This document shows positions 52,631 through 64,000 of a stretch of DNA of 64,000 nucleotides, one piece after another. Under the pieces are notes generated by a model that made no database searches, was not told where the DNA came from, and was given only the letters and a program-made list of their open reading frames with translations. The DNA comes from Lingula anatina (Eukaryota > Animalia > Brachiopoda), in assembly GCA_051362555.1 (NCBI GenBank), contig CM120640.1, positions 14,074,001 through 14,138,000 on the forward strand, given 5' to 3'. The stretch's first letter is position 1. Each line of letters starts with the position of its first letter. A program made the position numbers and the translations under genes.

Positions 52631-53905
52631 ATGGGAGGTGAACAAAGCAGCCCGGTGAGTGGCCCTGCTGGCAGCCAGTTGAAATCACAGAGAGATGAAG
52701 ATATCCCATACACGTCTTACTCCATCAGCAAACCAATAGATGGTAAGATAAAGCAGGGCAGTTTTTATTCAAGTGAAATTTTGTGTCGAGAAGTTGAATT
52801 GTAGTGAAGAATTTTCATACACTGGGGTAGCTGAGTGGTCTGCCAATATCTTTTTTAAAGAAATTTGTAATTTGTTTTTGAAATATTCCTAGTTTTTTCC
52901 CTCAGATTTTGAAGAATATCATGGATATAAATGTCACTGTGATATTAGGAAAGCTTTTTACTTACACTATAATTACAAGTTGTTGTGGCATTGATCCCAA
53001 CTGACTAACTGAAAATTTCATTTGTTTTCTCAGATGCTCCAAAGCAATCTCCAAAGCTACGCAGCAAGTCTGCTGGTTCAGCAGAGAGTACAGAGGGTGG
53101 AGGGACAGCAGCGACATCTGGTGGTGGCAGTGGTGGTGGTGGCCCAAAACATGACATAGTAGTTGTTGCGGAGGGTGTCAGTCAAAAACCAGGCATAGAC
53201 CCAGAACTAATTAAACTACAAACCATTCCCATGTTTTTGCCTGTAATTCGAGGATCTCTGAACATACCTAATATAAAGGAGACTGAGCTTGGAGACAAAT
53301 TAGATTATGGACCTGTGTTAGAGTTGTGTTTACGTTATCAGGAACATCTAAAGCAGTGTGCTGAGGCTGTAGCTTTTGATCAAAATGCACTAAGTGTGCG
53401 TATCAAAGAGGTTGGTGAGAGATCTTTTACATGTATTATTTCATGTATCTGAAAAACATATTTTATCAACTGAATTAGTTGAGACCATTTTGCCTCTATT
53501 TTAGATCCACAAAATAATTTCTGATACATTTGCTTATTCAGTAACTTTTTGAAGAAAATATTTGTAAGATCAATTCATTCATTGTAACAAACAATCTTTT
53601 TTCTTTTCCTTTTTTCATTGGATTGTTGAAATTTAATCTTAAGCTCTAATGTATACACATTTTTTCCTTTTTTTCAGATTGACTTTGCCATAAGAACCAT
53701 CATGGGAATTGTCACAGAGCGCCAGAAAAAGTATGCCAAATATGCTGAACAACTGCAAAAAGTCCATGAAATGACTACAACTTTAACACGCATTAAGTCT
53801 AGTGTGGAGTACACATTGAGTCAGATGGAACAGCTAAACAAACTACTTCCCCCTGAAGAACAACTTGAACCATTTACAATTTCTCCAAGTCATAGTGTAA
53901 ACTGA
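52631..53905 (+). CDS. BORCS5: BLOC-1-related complex subunit 5 (myrlysin/LOH12CR1), 3 coding exons
   Basis: Exons 52631-52742, 53034-53410, 53678-53905. N-myristoylation start MGGEQS; motifs DIVVVAEG, LCLRYQEHLKQCAEAVAFDQNAL, ERQKKYAKYAEQ, LPPEEQLEPF. Confidence 0.95.
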
Positions 53906-54414
53906 ACAGTCTCTTTCATCAAATCTGATCAGACAAGACTTGAAGAGAAACAAGAGAAAGGAATGCCATAACTGCTCTTTATTTAATTGTTTTATTTAAT
54001 AATTTATTCAGCAAATTTGAACCAAAAGATACATTTATATATTAAAAATCTGACTAAAATTGCTACTATTCCAGACGTTGCCTTTGAATTTGTCAGCCTT
54101 GTAGAACTCCAGGTGGAATAACAAAAAATTGCCAAATGATATTCATTAGTTAAAACATCTTTTTTGTTATATTTGGTTTATTTAATAATAATTTACAAAT
54201 TTGCCCTATTCTGTTATGCAATATTTAAAATAAAACATCAAGCATGTAATGTGTTTGAACTTTAAAAATACATGTACTTATCTATAATGATTAAATTAAA
54301 AGATTCATAATGATTTTCACCGTATCTATTGCCCAGAGCAAATTACCACTTATTAAAAAAAATATAGTGCAAGCTATATTCTACATAGTCAATCAGTGCA
54401 TTTCTGTACCAAAT

Positions 54415-55665
54415 TTATTTTTTGCACATCCTAGACGCTCTGAGCAAAGTCAACATAGACTGTTCCTCTGCAGTAAGGGGTTCTAAATCTGGTACGCTGG
54501 CCAAAAGTTTTCCTCCAAGAAATTCTCGAATTTTATCCTGAACACGGTTATATTTCTGAATCTGGTCTGCCCTGCAAAGCTTTGATATATTCTTTATATA
54601 CTCTTTCTTGGTGGAATCCTGTTCTTGTTGTGGAATATACACTTTTCTCAGGGTTGACGAGATTCCTACGGGTCCTTTATTGAAGTCGGGTGACGATTGG
54701 ACTTCATTTTGTTGATGTTCCCCAGAAGACGCTATTGCACTGCGAGGTTTATTAGTAAATGGCGTGGTGTCGTATTCTTTGTCCGAGTCGGATTCCGCCG
54801 ACTTCGTTCTGTGCAAGTAATTGCTCATACTGCGTCTCCTGCGAACGGGAAGATGTCCAGCTGGAGGCTGGAGAGACGCTTTCCTTTTGTGCTCATAACG
54901 GCGCATCGCTAGAGCCATGCTGCCATCTGTAAAGTGATCGTACTTTTCCATAGATTCGAGAAGTTTCTTGTATTGTGGTTGATCTTTCCAAGTTAAACTT
55001 TTTCTACGTTTTTTGGACTCTTTTGGCCCAACCTTAATTTCGTTTTTCGTTAGTTTATATTTTTGGGGGGCTTTTAGTTTTCCGAGTTTTGCGGATATTT
55101 TTGGAAGTCGTCTTAAAGTTGGTGCGGTTTGCGCTTCTCTCACTTGACGTATGACTTGTCTCGTCATCGATCGGGAATCGTCAGAACCATTCTGATCGTC
55201 TGACCCACTTTCATAAAAACTGCTAAATGACGCATCAGAGTCGCTATCGCCATCATCATAATATTTTCTTGGGTTTGGAGGCAAACTTTGAAAAAGCATC
55301 CGTGGCTGGCTGCTCAATATAGGCAATTTTTTCCAGCGCCGATCAATTTCAGCTGATTTATTGTCTTCGATGCGTTCTTCTCCACTACGACGGATGGTAG
55401 ACCTTTTTGGGGACTGAGTGTTCATCGCAACGTCATTGTTAGAAAGAAGTTGGCGTTTCAATGCAGTTATCAATTCTCGACACTGACTGTCACGTAACTC
55501 CATTTTAAGCAATATATTTTCCGTTCTTATTTCATGCAAACGCGTCTTCTCTGACAAATGAAGTGCCTCAAGCTTCTCGACGAGCTGTCTGTCAGCCAGA
55601 CGATTCGCTTGCTGCGTGCGCTCTAATTGCTTGTTTGTGCGTTGGACGCGATGTGATGACGTCAT
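54415..55665 (-). CDS. Intronless uncharacterised basic protein, ~416 aa, N-terminal coiled coil (weakly CCDC190-like)
   Basis: 1.25-kb ORF with first ATG (AGAATGA, MTSSHRVQ) at 55665. ERTQQANRLADRQLVEKLEAL..ENILLKMEL loosely recalls the CCDC190 N-terminus (from memory only). Confidence 0.75.
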   Translation of the reverse strand: MTSSHRVQRTNKQLERTQQANRLADRQLVEKLEALHLSEKTRLHEIRTENILLKMELRDSQCRELITALKRQLLSNNDVAMNTQSPKRSTIRRSGEERIEDNKSAEIDRRWKKLPILSSQPRMLFQSLPPNPRKYYDDGDSDSDASFSSFYESGSDDQNGSDDSRSMTRQVIRQVREAQTAPTLRRLPKISAKLGKLKAPQKYKLTKNEIKVGPKESKKRRKSLTWKDQPQYKKLLESMEKYDHFTDGSMALAMRRYEHKRKASLQPPAGHLPVRRRRSMSNYLHRTKSAESDSDKEYDTTPFTNKPRSAIASSGEHQQNEVQSSPDFNKGPVGISSTLRKVYIPQQEQDSTKKEYIKNISKLCRADQIQKYNRVQDKIREFLGGKLLASVPDLEPLTAEEQSMLTLLRASRMCKK

Positions 55666-55750
55666 TCTTGTTTTATGAAAAAAAAATGATGGTATGATAG
55701 GGTATAAAATAAACACTTTCTAAATGACAAAACCGGTAACTGGACAAACT

Positions 55751-55758
55751 TGACGTCA
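55751..55758. promoter_or_regulatory. Palindromic CRE upstream of the 416-aa ORF; second CRE at 55657-55664
   Basis: TGACGTCA lies ~86 bp upstream of the ATG, and a second copy overlaps the start codon. Confidence 0.55.
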
Positions 55759-57022
55759 TGGTTTATTGCACTTTAATGTAAATCGCTTTATTCAATCTGT
55801 AGTAATCACGTGTATAGAACGTTTACATGTCCTCTCTCTTTTTATAAAAAAACTTGATTTGAAACATCGTGAACAGCATATCTGGGTAGCGATTTGTGTA
55901 TGTATAATATTTTATAACGTTCAGCAATTTTCAGAAGAACCTAGCTGATCTACAAAATCTTAGACCTTACAACGACCTACCTTAGTGACTGCGTTTGCAT
56001 CAACTTCTCACTTTCAAAATAAAAACTGCCTTTAAATTGCAACAACAAACTATATACAAAGGAAGTGACTTTCTTTAAAGCCACAGCAGTTACATTTTTG
56101 GTTCACATCGGTGAAGCAAATGCAAAATTCATGTCGTCATGAATATCTTAGCACTTAAAATTATTTGTGTTTCTGCTTAACAAATATGAAAAATGTATGT
56201 GACGTGCTATTCATGTGTCAGATATTTGTACAAAATCGAAGCCAAACAAACAAGGCTTTCAGTTTTCGTATGCAGTTGGACAAACACACTTATTCTTAAA
56301 TTCTCCTTGATAGAACTCCTTTTGGTTATTTTTCAACAGAAGTGGTCAAATAAAGCAACTGGAGACTACAGTGAAAATATTGTTAGAGTTATTCTAGTTC
56401 AGACATCCATTACACATAGCCTAAGTACACTCTAAATTCACAAGGAACCATAAGTTATGTTGCACTCAGTTTCCCGGCATGAAGTTTTGGTTGTGCTTCG
56501 GCGTCAACATTTCCTTTTGGTTTGTTGCTCAGTTTGTAGTTGTTTTCTTTACTCATTCATCTATTTGTAAAGGCGAAATTTGGTAAAGGTGATATCATTG
56601 TGATAAATGAAGGAGTTTTCCAAACAGTACCTCCCAAATTTCAACCCTTCCAAATTTTGTTAAACCACTGCATTTTGTGTCGCATCGACAGCTAATCGAA
56701 GCCAAAGGAAATAAAATTTTGAAATGTGTTGGTTTGTGTATTGAGTGAACAATTTGAAAAAATAATAAAGCAGCTGACTGGCCCTTGGTATACTGCCTTT
56801 TGTGTAACTTTATCTATAAAATTGTGGCTAATAGTGCATTTTCCTATTCAGTTACTATATGCCAAAACAATTTGTCCAGAAAAAAAGGTAAATAAAGATA
56901 GTCAGATGTGGTCTTTTTATCTGTTGTCACTCTGCTAAAAGCTTGCATATTCACTAATTATTATGCCTACAATAAGTGTTCAAATAGCATTTTCCAGCAC
57001 AGCAAGAAGCGGAGAGGTTACA

Positions 57023-57275
57023 CAATGGCGGATTTAGGGGGGGGGGGTCAGGGGGGGTCCTGATCCCCCCTCCCCCCTTCGATTTCTGAAAAAATCACAC
57101 CAATGGTCTCCTCTTGAAATTAGAATTTTGACCAGCTGAATCATAGCACCGTTCATCCTCTAAAATACCAAAAATTTTCGGGGCCCGCCAAAGGGCCCCA
57201 AACCCCACGGGGGAGGTCGGCTTCGCATCCGCGGACCCCCCCCCCCCCCTTCAAATAATCCTGGATCCGCCCCTG
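57023..57275. mobile_element. Family D MITE with 5-bp TSD TTACA
   Basis: TTACA|CAATGGCGGATTTAGG ... CCTGGATCCGCCCCTG|TTACA. Confidence 0.85.
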
Positions 57276-58596
57276 TTACATGGTATTGCTGAGATTTTGC
57301 GTTTTTTTTAATGAAAATAAGGCTTTTAGCCTATATGAACAAAAAAACTGATTTATACCATTCATTTGCAGCGCTAGGCCTTTCACTATATTTAAAAATT
57401 CGTTATAGATCTGTCCATCATATTTCGTTAGTTTTAATCCCTGAGGAAATTTATTGATTATTCGTTTGTTTTCAATTTTTTTCTTTTTTTTTCAACTAGG
57501 TTTTGTTGTAAAATGAAATTACTGAGCGCTTCTGTCCAGATTTTATTTTCTACCACAACTCAAAGGCTGTACCTTTTTATAAGGTTGGGATTTGGGATTT
57601 GGAAAGTTAAAAAAACGTGAATAAAAACTAAAAAAGGAAATTTGAGTCAAACAATTAGGCTATATAGCCTGATGAAAGTAGTGAATGGATTACCCGTGTT
57701 TGTCCGATTATGAAGTCAGTCGCCGATATAGCCTACTATGTGCAGGAGGCCCTACATCTTATTTTGATGGGTGAGAGAATTGAATGCAGTAGTAGAGAAA
57801 AGTCCCTTATCTTGGACAATTGACGCAATAGGTTGAGGCAGTAGGGCTAATGTAAGGAACCGGCAGCTGGACCTTGGACCCGGCCATCATGAAAATACGT
57901 AGGCCCTATATGCTGGCCCCAAGGCACCCTCTGATATTAAAATAGTATACAAAATTTAAGTATGAGCGATAAAGATAATTGTATCTGACCACTAGCGCAT
58001 CCTGTGGTCAGAAAGTCGGTCCAAGGCTGAAATGAACTAGGCCTACTAAACATTGGCCTTGGTTTTCACTTAGACAATGAAGTGTAAATTGACCCAAGCG
58101 CTTTTTATTTTATAGAGAAGATAATATTTTAGACAGGCTCATTCGAATAAGATAAAAGGCCTACTCTGAATACTCGCTGCACACTCCGGATAGACCTAAG
58201 GACGAAATTCTTTTTAACAGAAAAATAGGCCTATAGCCTAGCTAGGATTGCGCGTAGGCTAGATTGTACAGGTGTAGGTATAATTAAGTACATAACATGA
58301 TATAAGCCTATACGATCTTTTAAGAGCAGTCAAAATAACTGTGTTACAGTTTTGATAAACCTTTTTAGTCGTTGGTCTGTGATGTAGGCCTAAGGCCAGG
58401 GGCCATCCATTTTTATCATTATTTTCACAAGACAATGTGGCCTACGTACTGTAGGCCTACAAAGAGTGGATTTTTCCAGTCTCCCCCCCCCTTCAGAGAG
58501 TGAAAAGCAAAAACTGATGACCTTTGAGAACAATTTGGATCATCATTTTTATTACCTTTCAAAAGCGTAGGCCCCTACAAAGGGCATTACCAGATT

Positions 58597-58764
58597 CAGG
58601 CGCGGATTTAGGCCGTCTTCTGGGTCTTCCGGAAGACGGTCAGATTTTTAAGTTTACGTTGACGGGTATCTAATGTTTTCTGTCGGAAGACGGTCAAAAA
58701 TGGAGGATGGATTAAGAAAGATAATTTGGAAGACTGTCAGAAAATATCTCTGGATCCGCCCCTG
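58597..58764. mobile_element. Family D MITE with 5-bp TSD AGATT
   Basis: AGATT|CAGGCGCGGATTTAGG ... TCTGGATCCGCCCCTG|AGATT, with internal GGAAGACGGTCA repeats. Confidence 0.85.
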
Positions 58765-59041
58765 AGATTATCCCCCAGCCACCAACCACACCAGCGTACC
58801 GGTAGGTTTACTAGGCCCTAGCAGGTAGACTTGTGAAATGGATGATAAAAAACAAATAAGCCTAATGGATGACCCCTAAGTTTTTCTGCAAATATCGAGC
58901 ATTCAATCATGATATTTGTGTAAAAAATGGATATGGGCCTAAATGAAATCAATTACATTTTGTATGGCATATTAACAGCATTTAGCCTCTTAAGCTGATT
59001 AGATGCAAACGCTAAAAACTGCACGTCTGCCTGATTGATAC

Positions 59042-59053
59042 TGCGCATGCGCA
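59042..59053. promoter_or_regulatory. Perfect NRF1 palindrome TGCGCATGCGCA in the SEC14L promoter
   Basis: Exact consensus 80 bp upstream of the ATG. Confidence 0.65.
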
Positions 59054-59133
59054 CATGTTTGTCAATCGCAGTCGGCTGCAGGTGCAACACGGTCACGGCA
59101 TTGATTAGTCTGTCTGCGGTTTCCAGCCAAAAC

Positions 59134-62100
59134 ATGAGTGGAAGGGTTGGGGATCTGTCTGTGAAACACTCTCAACTGCTCGAAAAGGTGAGGCATCAAC
59201 TCGGAGCTCTGACATACTTTAAGTTAGTAATAACTTTTGGTTTTACTAGAACTTCGAGACGTAGGTCCCTCCTTCCGACTTCAGGTGTTTATATTTTACA
59301 ATAACTCAAACTTCCAGACGATCGTTTCATTGTATACTTGTCTGAACTCTGCTGAGTGATCTGTTAGATATTTTGAATGTTAACCTCTATTGTCCACTAG
59401 GACTCTCCAGAGTTAATTAATCATACTCCCAGTAAGTACTATTTGTCCTGCCAAAATATACATGAAGTCAACGTCTTAAGCCCCATTCCCATAAACACAA
59501 TCGGTCTACTTCGGTCGACCCAACTCTGGGGGGGGGGGGGGGGGGACTCTGACTGACTGCAATCGACTTGACTGAATGAAATGTCTCCTCCTGGCGTTAA
59601 GAAAATTACAAAACGCTGGTAATTATACATGCAAGTGTGAGGAGGTGTGCTATTCAGTTACTGGTAAGCTGATTGCACTTAGGGAAAGTCCCAGCAGAGT
59701 TCAGAGAGTTGGGCCAACCCACATAGGTCAACGGTGTCTATGGAAACGGGTTCTTAGATGCTGGTATTTAACTGATAAATACCAAAAATTGTACTTTTAA
59801 TATTATAGTTGAAACAGACTTCTAATGATTATTTAAGGTTCAATATTCCCCCTGAATAATAAACAGCTGTCACCTTAATGAAGATTTAGTTTAAGAATAC
59901 TTATCTTATTTTGATTTTTTTAAAATATGGATTATGGTATCTGGTGTGGTATTCTAGTCATTTTATGTTTTTTTTACCTTTATTAATTATATGTAAGCAA
60001 TTTATGTGACAGCTGAGGCCAATGTTATATTCAGTTAGGTTGATGTTTGATTTGTCAGGTTTATTCAACATGTTTACTTAACATGGACGGGTCAGTATTA
60101 TTATATAGCTATATAGTTACCTGTGTTAGTTTATTATGATGTTTTGGAGAGGGGGAGTAGAGTCTTTCAGTTCAGTAATCGGGCTGCATATATGAATCAT
60201 TATCTATTGTATAACTTATATAAATACAAGGTATGTGTAAATCTGTCATTGGCGATTGAAATGTTTTAAAAGTTTGACCTCCTTGTCTGGCCCTTGTTGT
60301 TGTAAACCAAATTTTCTCACATCATTAAGTGGCATGTACTGCAGCTGGTGTATATATTCTATGGGGGAGGGGCGGCGATAATATTCTCCTCATCCACAAA
60401 TGTACACAGAATAACACATGAACTCAAAGAGATGTGTTTTGTCCAAAATACATTTAACACATTTAAATCCTGTATGTTGGGTAACCCTAAACTGACTGTA
60501 ATTTTACTCTTTTTTCTTGGTTGGTTTTGTTTTTAGTTTCGCCTGAATGTTTCTGACATCCTGGAACCAAAGCACGATGATCATTTTTTGTTGAGATGGC
60601 TTAGAGGTAGGTATTCTTTGACATAATCTATTCTCTCTAATGCTCTGTATAACACATTTGGCTGCAAGTCGACAAGATAATTTGTCGAACTTCTTTAAAT
60701 TGAAATGTTCTTTCCCCCGTCAACTTAAATTATGCTGAACATTGTTCCATAAACATCAACTCTTCTACTTTCTTCCAGCAAGGTGTTTTGACTTAAAGAA
60801 ATCTGAAGCTATGCTTCGAAATGTGAGTATTCTAATTTGGTAGATTGTGCAGCTAAACCAGAAGTCACTGTTGTAAATAAAAGAACAATGACCAGTACAT
60901 TCCTTCAACTGTTTTTGATAAATAATGATACAAGCAAAGCAGTTCTAAAAAGAAAAACTCGAGGGGAAAGGAAACAGTACTGGTAATAGTCTCACCATAA
61001 AGTAATAATGATGATAGCCTTTCAACTTATTGATTACTCCCAGCAGTATATTTCAATACACTGAGTACCAAAATACTTCAATAGAGTGTATCCTTGCAAT
61101 CGATTTTATCAGACTAAATTCTACTTGAAGATCATTGTGATACATGATGCCAACACATTTAAATATCTCTTACAAAAAATATATCAAACATAGCACTTGA
61201 TTAAAAAAAGCATCAAGATGATTTGGGTAAGCAGTGGGCTGTGATTATGTTACGCTGATGTCTACTCTAGTAGGATATATTACTAGTACATGGAGTTTAT
61301 ATTGCCTATTCTGAATAATGAAATTGGTGCCTTTATTAGTGCATTGTTGGATATTGCAGCATTTGGCCTGGAGGAAAAAAGTTGGTGCTGATACCATATT
61401 AGAAGATTGCGTGCTGCCAGAGGTGATCACGACCTACTATGCTGGTGGTTGGTGTGGCTTTGATAAAGAGGGGGACCCTGTATGGGTAGACCCAGTGGGA
61501 AGATTAGATCTAAAGGGTAAGGAGGTTAAAGATGTCAGTTATCTTTCAAAGAAATCTTTACCCTTTTTTTGTCAGTTCTCACTCAAATCTTGACCAGGCT
61601 GATTTAGCAATTTAGCTGGCCGCAGTAATTTATGTATAATAAGAATAATGATATATGGCTTTACTCCACATTTCTCTCTTCATAAAAGAATGCAGTCATA
61701 TGTTCATCACCTGTTACATGTACATGCCTTGGCTGAGCACATGAGCACAGTTACCGGTACATTATCTGTAGCTATTCTAATAATTTCACAGCACTAGATC
61801 CTGTTTATTGCATAGTTTTTCCAAGCAAACACAAGTATCCCTTATTTACTACTTAGGTATAGCTCACTCTGCAAAGAAAGAGGATATCATTAAGTCTAAA
61901 ATCATGTGTGTTGAACGTGGATACAGAATGATGGCAGACCAAAGCAAGAAGGTATAGTGTTTTAGATTCCCCTTCCCCCTTTTGTCTCATTGCTCTTTAA
62001 TATCTGGTTATTGGTTTGTTGGCCATTAAATCATACAGTATTGTATCTGTAATTTTGAAACCAACTGTGTGGGTGATACATTTAGCAAGCTGCCAAATCA

Positions 62101-63661
62101 TGAATTCAGAGTAAGTGTTGGATGTATTAAAGTATCGCTATTGTAGACCTGAATCTGACATTTGGACCTCCAAGTTGTTTTGCTAAACAACTCAAGGGGT
62201 ATTAAAACAACATAGCTATTTATTTAAATTCTTGAAGTATGAGACAACTAAATCAACAGTGACAAAAAACATCTTAATGGATAGTCTTTTTACTTTTTCA
62301 GTTGGGAAAAAGAGTAAGCCAGCTGTGTATTATATTTGACATGGAAGGTTTTGGAATGAAACATTTATGGAAGCCAGGTAAGCTTGTTAGTGAAAATAAA
62401 CAGTCTCGTGAAATGTTGACAAGTCTTTGCTCACTTTTTTGTCTGTCTGACCTGCTGTTTGTATTACAATCACATTTTTTATTTTTCATTGAAAGAGAAA
62501 AATACTATGTGTAGGGACCTACTTAATACTGCATATTGTTTTCCTACCTATAGTTATCAGAAGACATAGACTTGACACTGAATCTTTGACTTTATTTCAT
62601 AAAGAGAAACAACTGAAATAAGTTACAAACAATTTTTCACAGAAGTCACTTTTTCTTTATTTTATAAGTACTTGTTCTGCAGATTATAATATTGGATATC
62701 TCAGAGTACTAAACATATGATTTATAGAGATTTTTTGTTAAATGTTTTCATTAAGATATATTTCACTTGTTCTATGCTTTCATTTTGTGACCATCAGATA
62801 GAAATGACCATCAGTCAAATCATTACAAAGTGTGTTATTCAGGGTTATTATTACAAACTGGATACAAATGTGACAGAACTTTCAAATGTATAATTTGTAT
62901 GAACTGCAATCTGTACCAATGAGTAGTTCACAGGTTTATGAAATATGGAAATATAATCGATAAAATCTGCCTCTCTTGATTATATTATTATTATTATGCT
63001 ACAGACAGTGTATTGTACTTTTCAGGTGTAGACATATTTTGTGAAATTTTAGAGATGTTTGAGAGTAATTATCCAGAAACTCTAAAAAGATGTTATGTCA
63101 TAAATGGTAGGTAAAAACCAATATCATTATGGATTTATATATTTAGATGTTAGCAGGCTTATATTGAAGTTAACATTAAATTAATAAACTAGAAACACTT
63201 AATTGACTTGATGTTGATATATAGGGGCCATTCCCACAGATATTTGGATTGATTGATCTATCTCCCTGGGGAGTCTCACTAAATTGCTATTGACGTAACT
63301 GGCTTAAATGTCTTTCACACCTAGGAAAGCTGCTAGGGGGTAATTATCTTTACACCCTAGCTGATTTGGTAGGCGTGACAGACATGTAAACCTTTTGAGC
63401 TGATAGCAATTTAGCATGAACCCCCAGGGAGTTAGGTCGATCCAGATGGATCGATCTAAGTATGGGAACCCAGTCATACATACCTTTCTAACTAGCAGTA
63501 CTAGTTTGCTTGTATTTTAACCCCAGGCTTTGAAACATACTGGATGATTAAATGATGTGCTCCCTCTTTTTTTCCAGCTCCAAAAATATTCCCTTTAGCT
63601 TACCATATTGTGAAACCCATTCTCAGTGAAGACACCAAAAACAAGATCAAAGTACTCGGAA
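59134..63661 (+). CDS. SEC14L2: SEC14-like protein 2 family (CRAL-TRIO lipid-binding), 3' end beyond the window
   Basis: Exons 59134-59187, 60537-60606, 60779-60822, 61360-61516, 61857-61951, 62302-62377, 63026-63106, 63578-63661. Motifs [74 protein letters not shown]. Confidence 0.92.
63224..63475. mobile_element. MITE family A copy, in a SEC14L intron
   Basis: GGGGCCATTCCCA ... GATCGATCTAAGTATGGGAACCCAGTC. Palindromic and colinear with 26745-26981. Confidence 0.8.
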
Positions 63662-64000
63662 GTAAGCAAAGTTTTACCTTCATGTGGGATAATGACATAA
63701 TATAGATAATACGTCTTATATGTAGAATACCATACATTTTGACAAAGCATACAAAATTATTTGGGTATATTTGAATATGTTTGATATTTGGAAGGTTTCA
63801 AAGATAAGTGTAGATATGGAAAATATTTGTTGACAGATGTTGGTGTTGACAGATGGGCTGGGCCATAAGTCAGAAGTATTAAAACTTATTTAACTATTCT
63901 AAATGCCATACACAAAGTACATTTTTGGTAAGTTGGAGTTCTGACATATTTTTAGGCTTTGAATGTCATTACTAAATTTTTGCATCGATCATAAAATCAT

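Noticed and set aside
52823-52840. GGGGTAGCTGAGTGGT resembling a tRNA 5' end / A box
   Set aside because: No B box or cloverleaf follows.

Overview
AT-rich eukaryotic (invertebrate animal) genomic DNA with spliceosomal GT-AG introns. Splicing exons by hand gives six complete multi-exon genes: an invertebrate-type CLIC (-), a FANCG-like TPR protein (-), a Nox2/gp91phox-type NADPH oxidase (-), trichoplein (+), ALKBH3 (-) and BORCS5 (+). A SEC14L2-like gene (+) runs off the right end. Two long intronless orphan ORFs (-) are also present, and several minus-strand exon candidates suggest the 5' end of a gene leaving the left end. At least four MITE families occur: a whole-length palindromic Harbinger-like type, a TTAA/Kolobok-like type, a single element with an ATA TSD, and a CAG..CTG type with 5-bp TSDs. 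The most unusual observations are: a tandemly duplicated, frame-incompatible exon pair in FANCG (candidate mutually exclusive exons); an interleaved A-B-rcA-rcB inverted duplication; a MITE carrying a perfect U1-complementary donor that lies in the host sense orientation in all four intronic copies; a duplicated hairpin+ACA element and a hairpin-masked cassette exon in CLIC introns; and perfect CRE palindromes at both orphan ORFs. I found no firm evidence of a wholly new biological system. Gene names rest on my recollection of homologue sequences and motifs, not on database searches.
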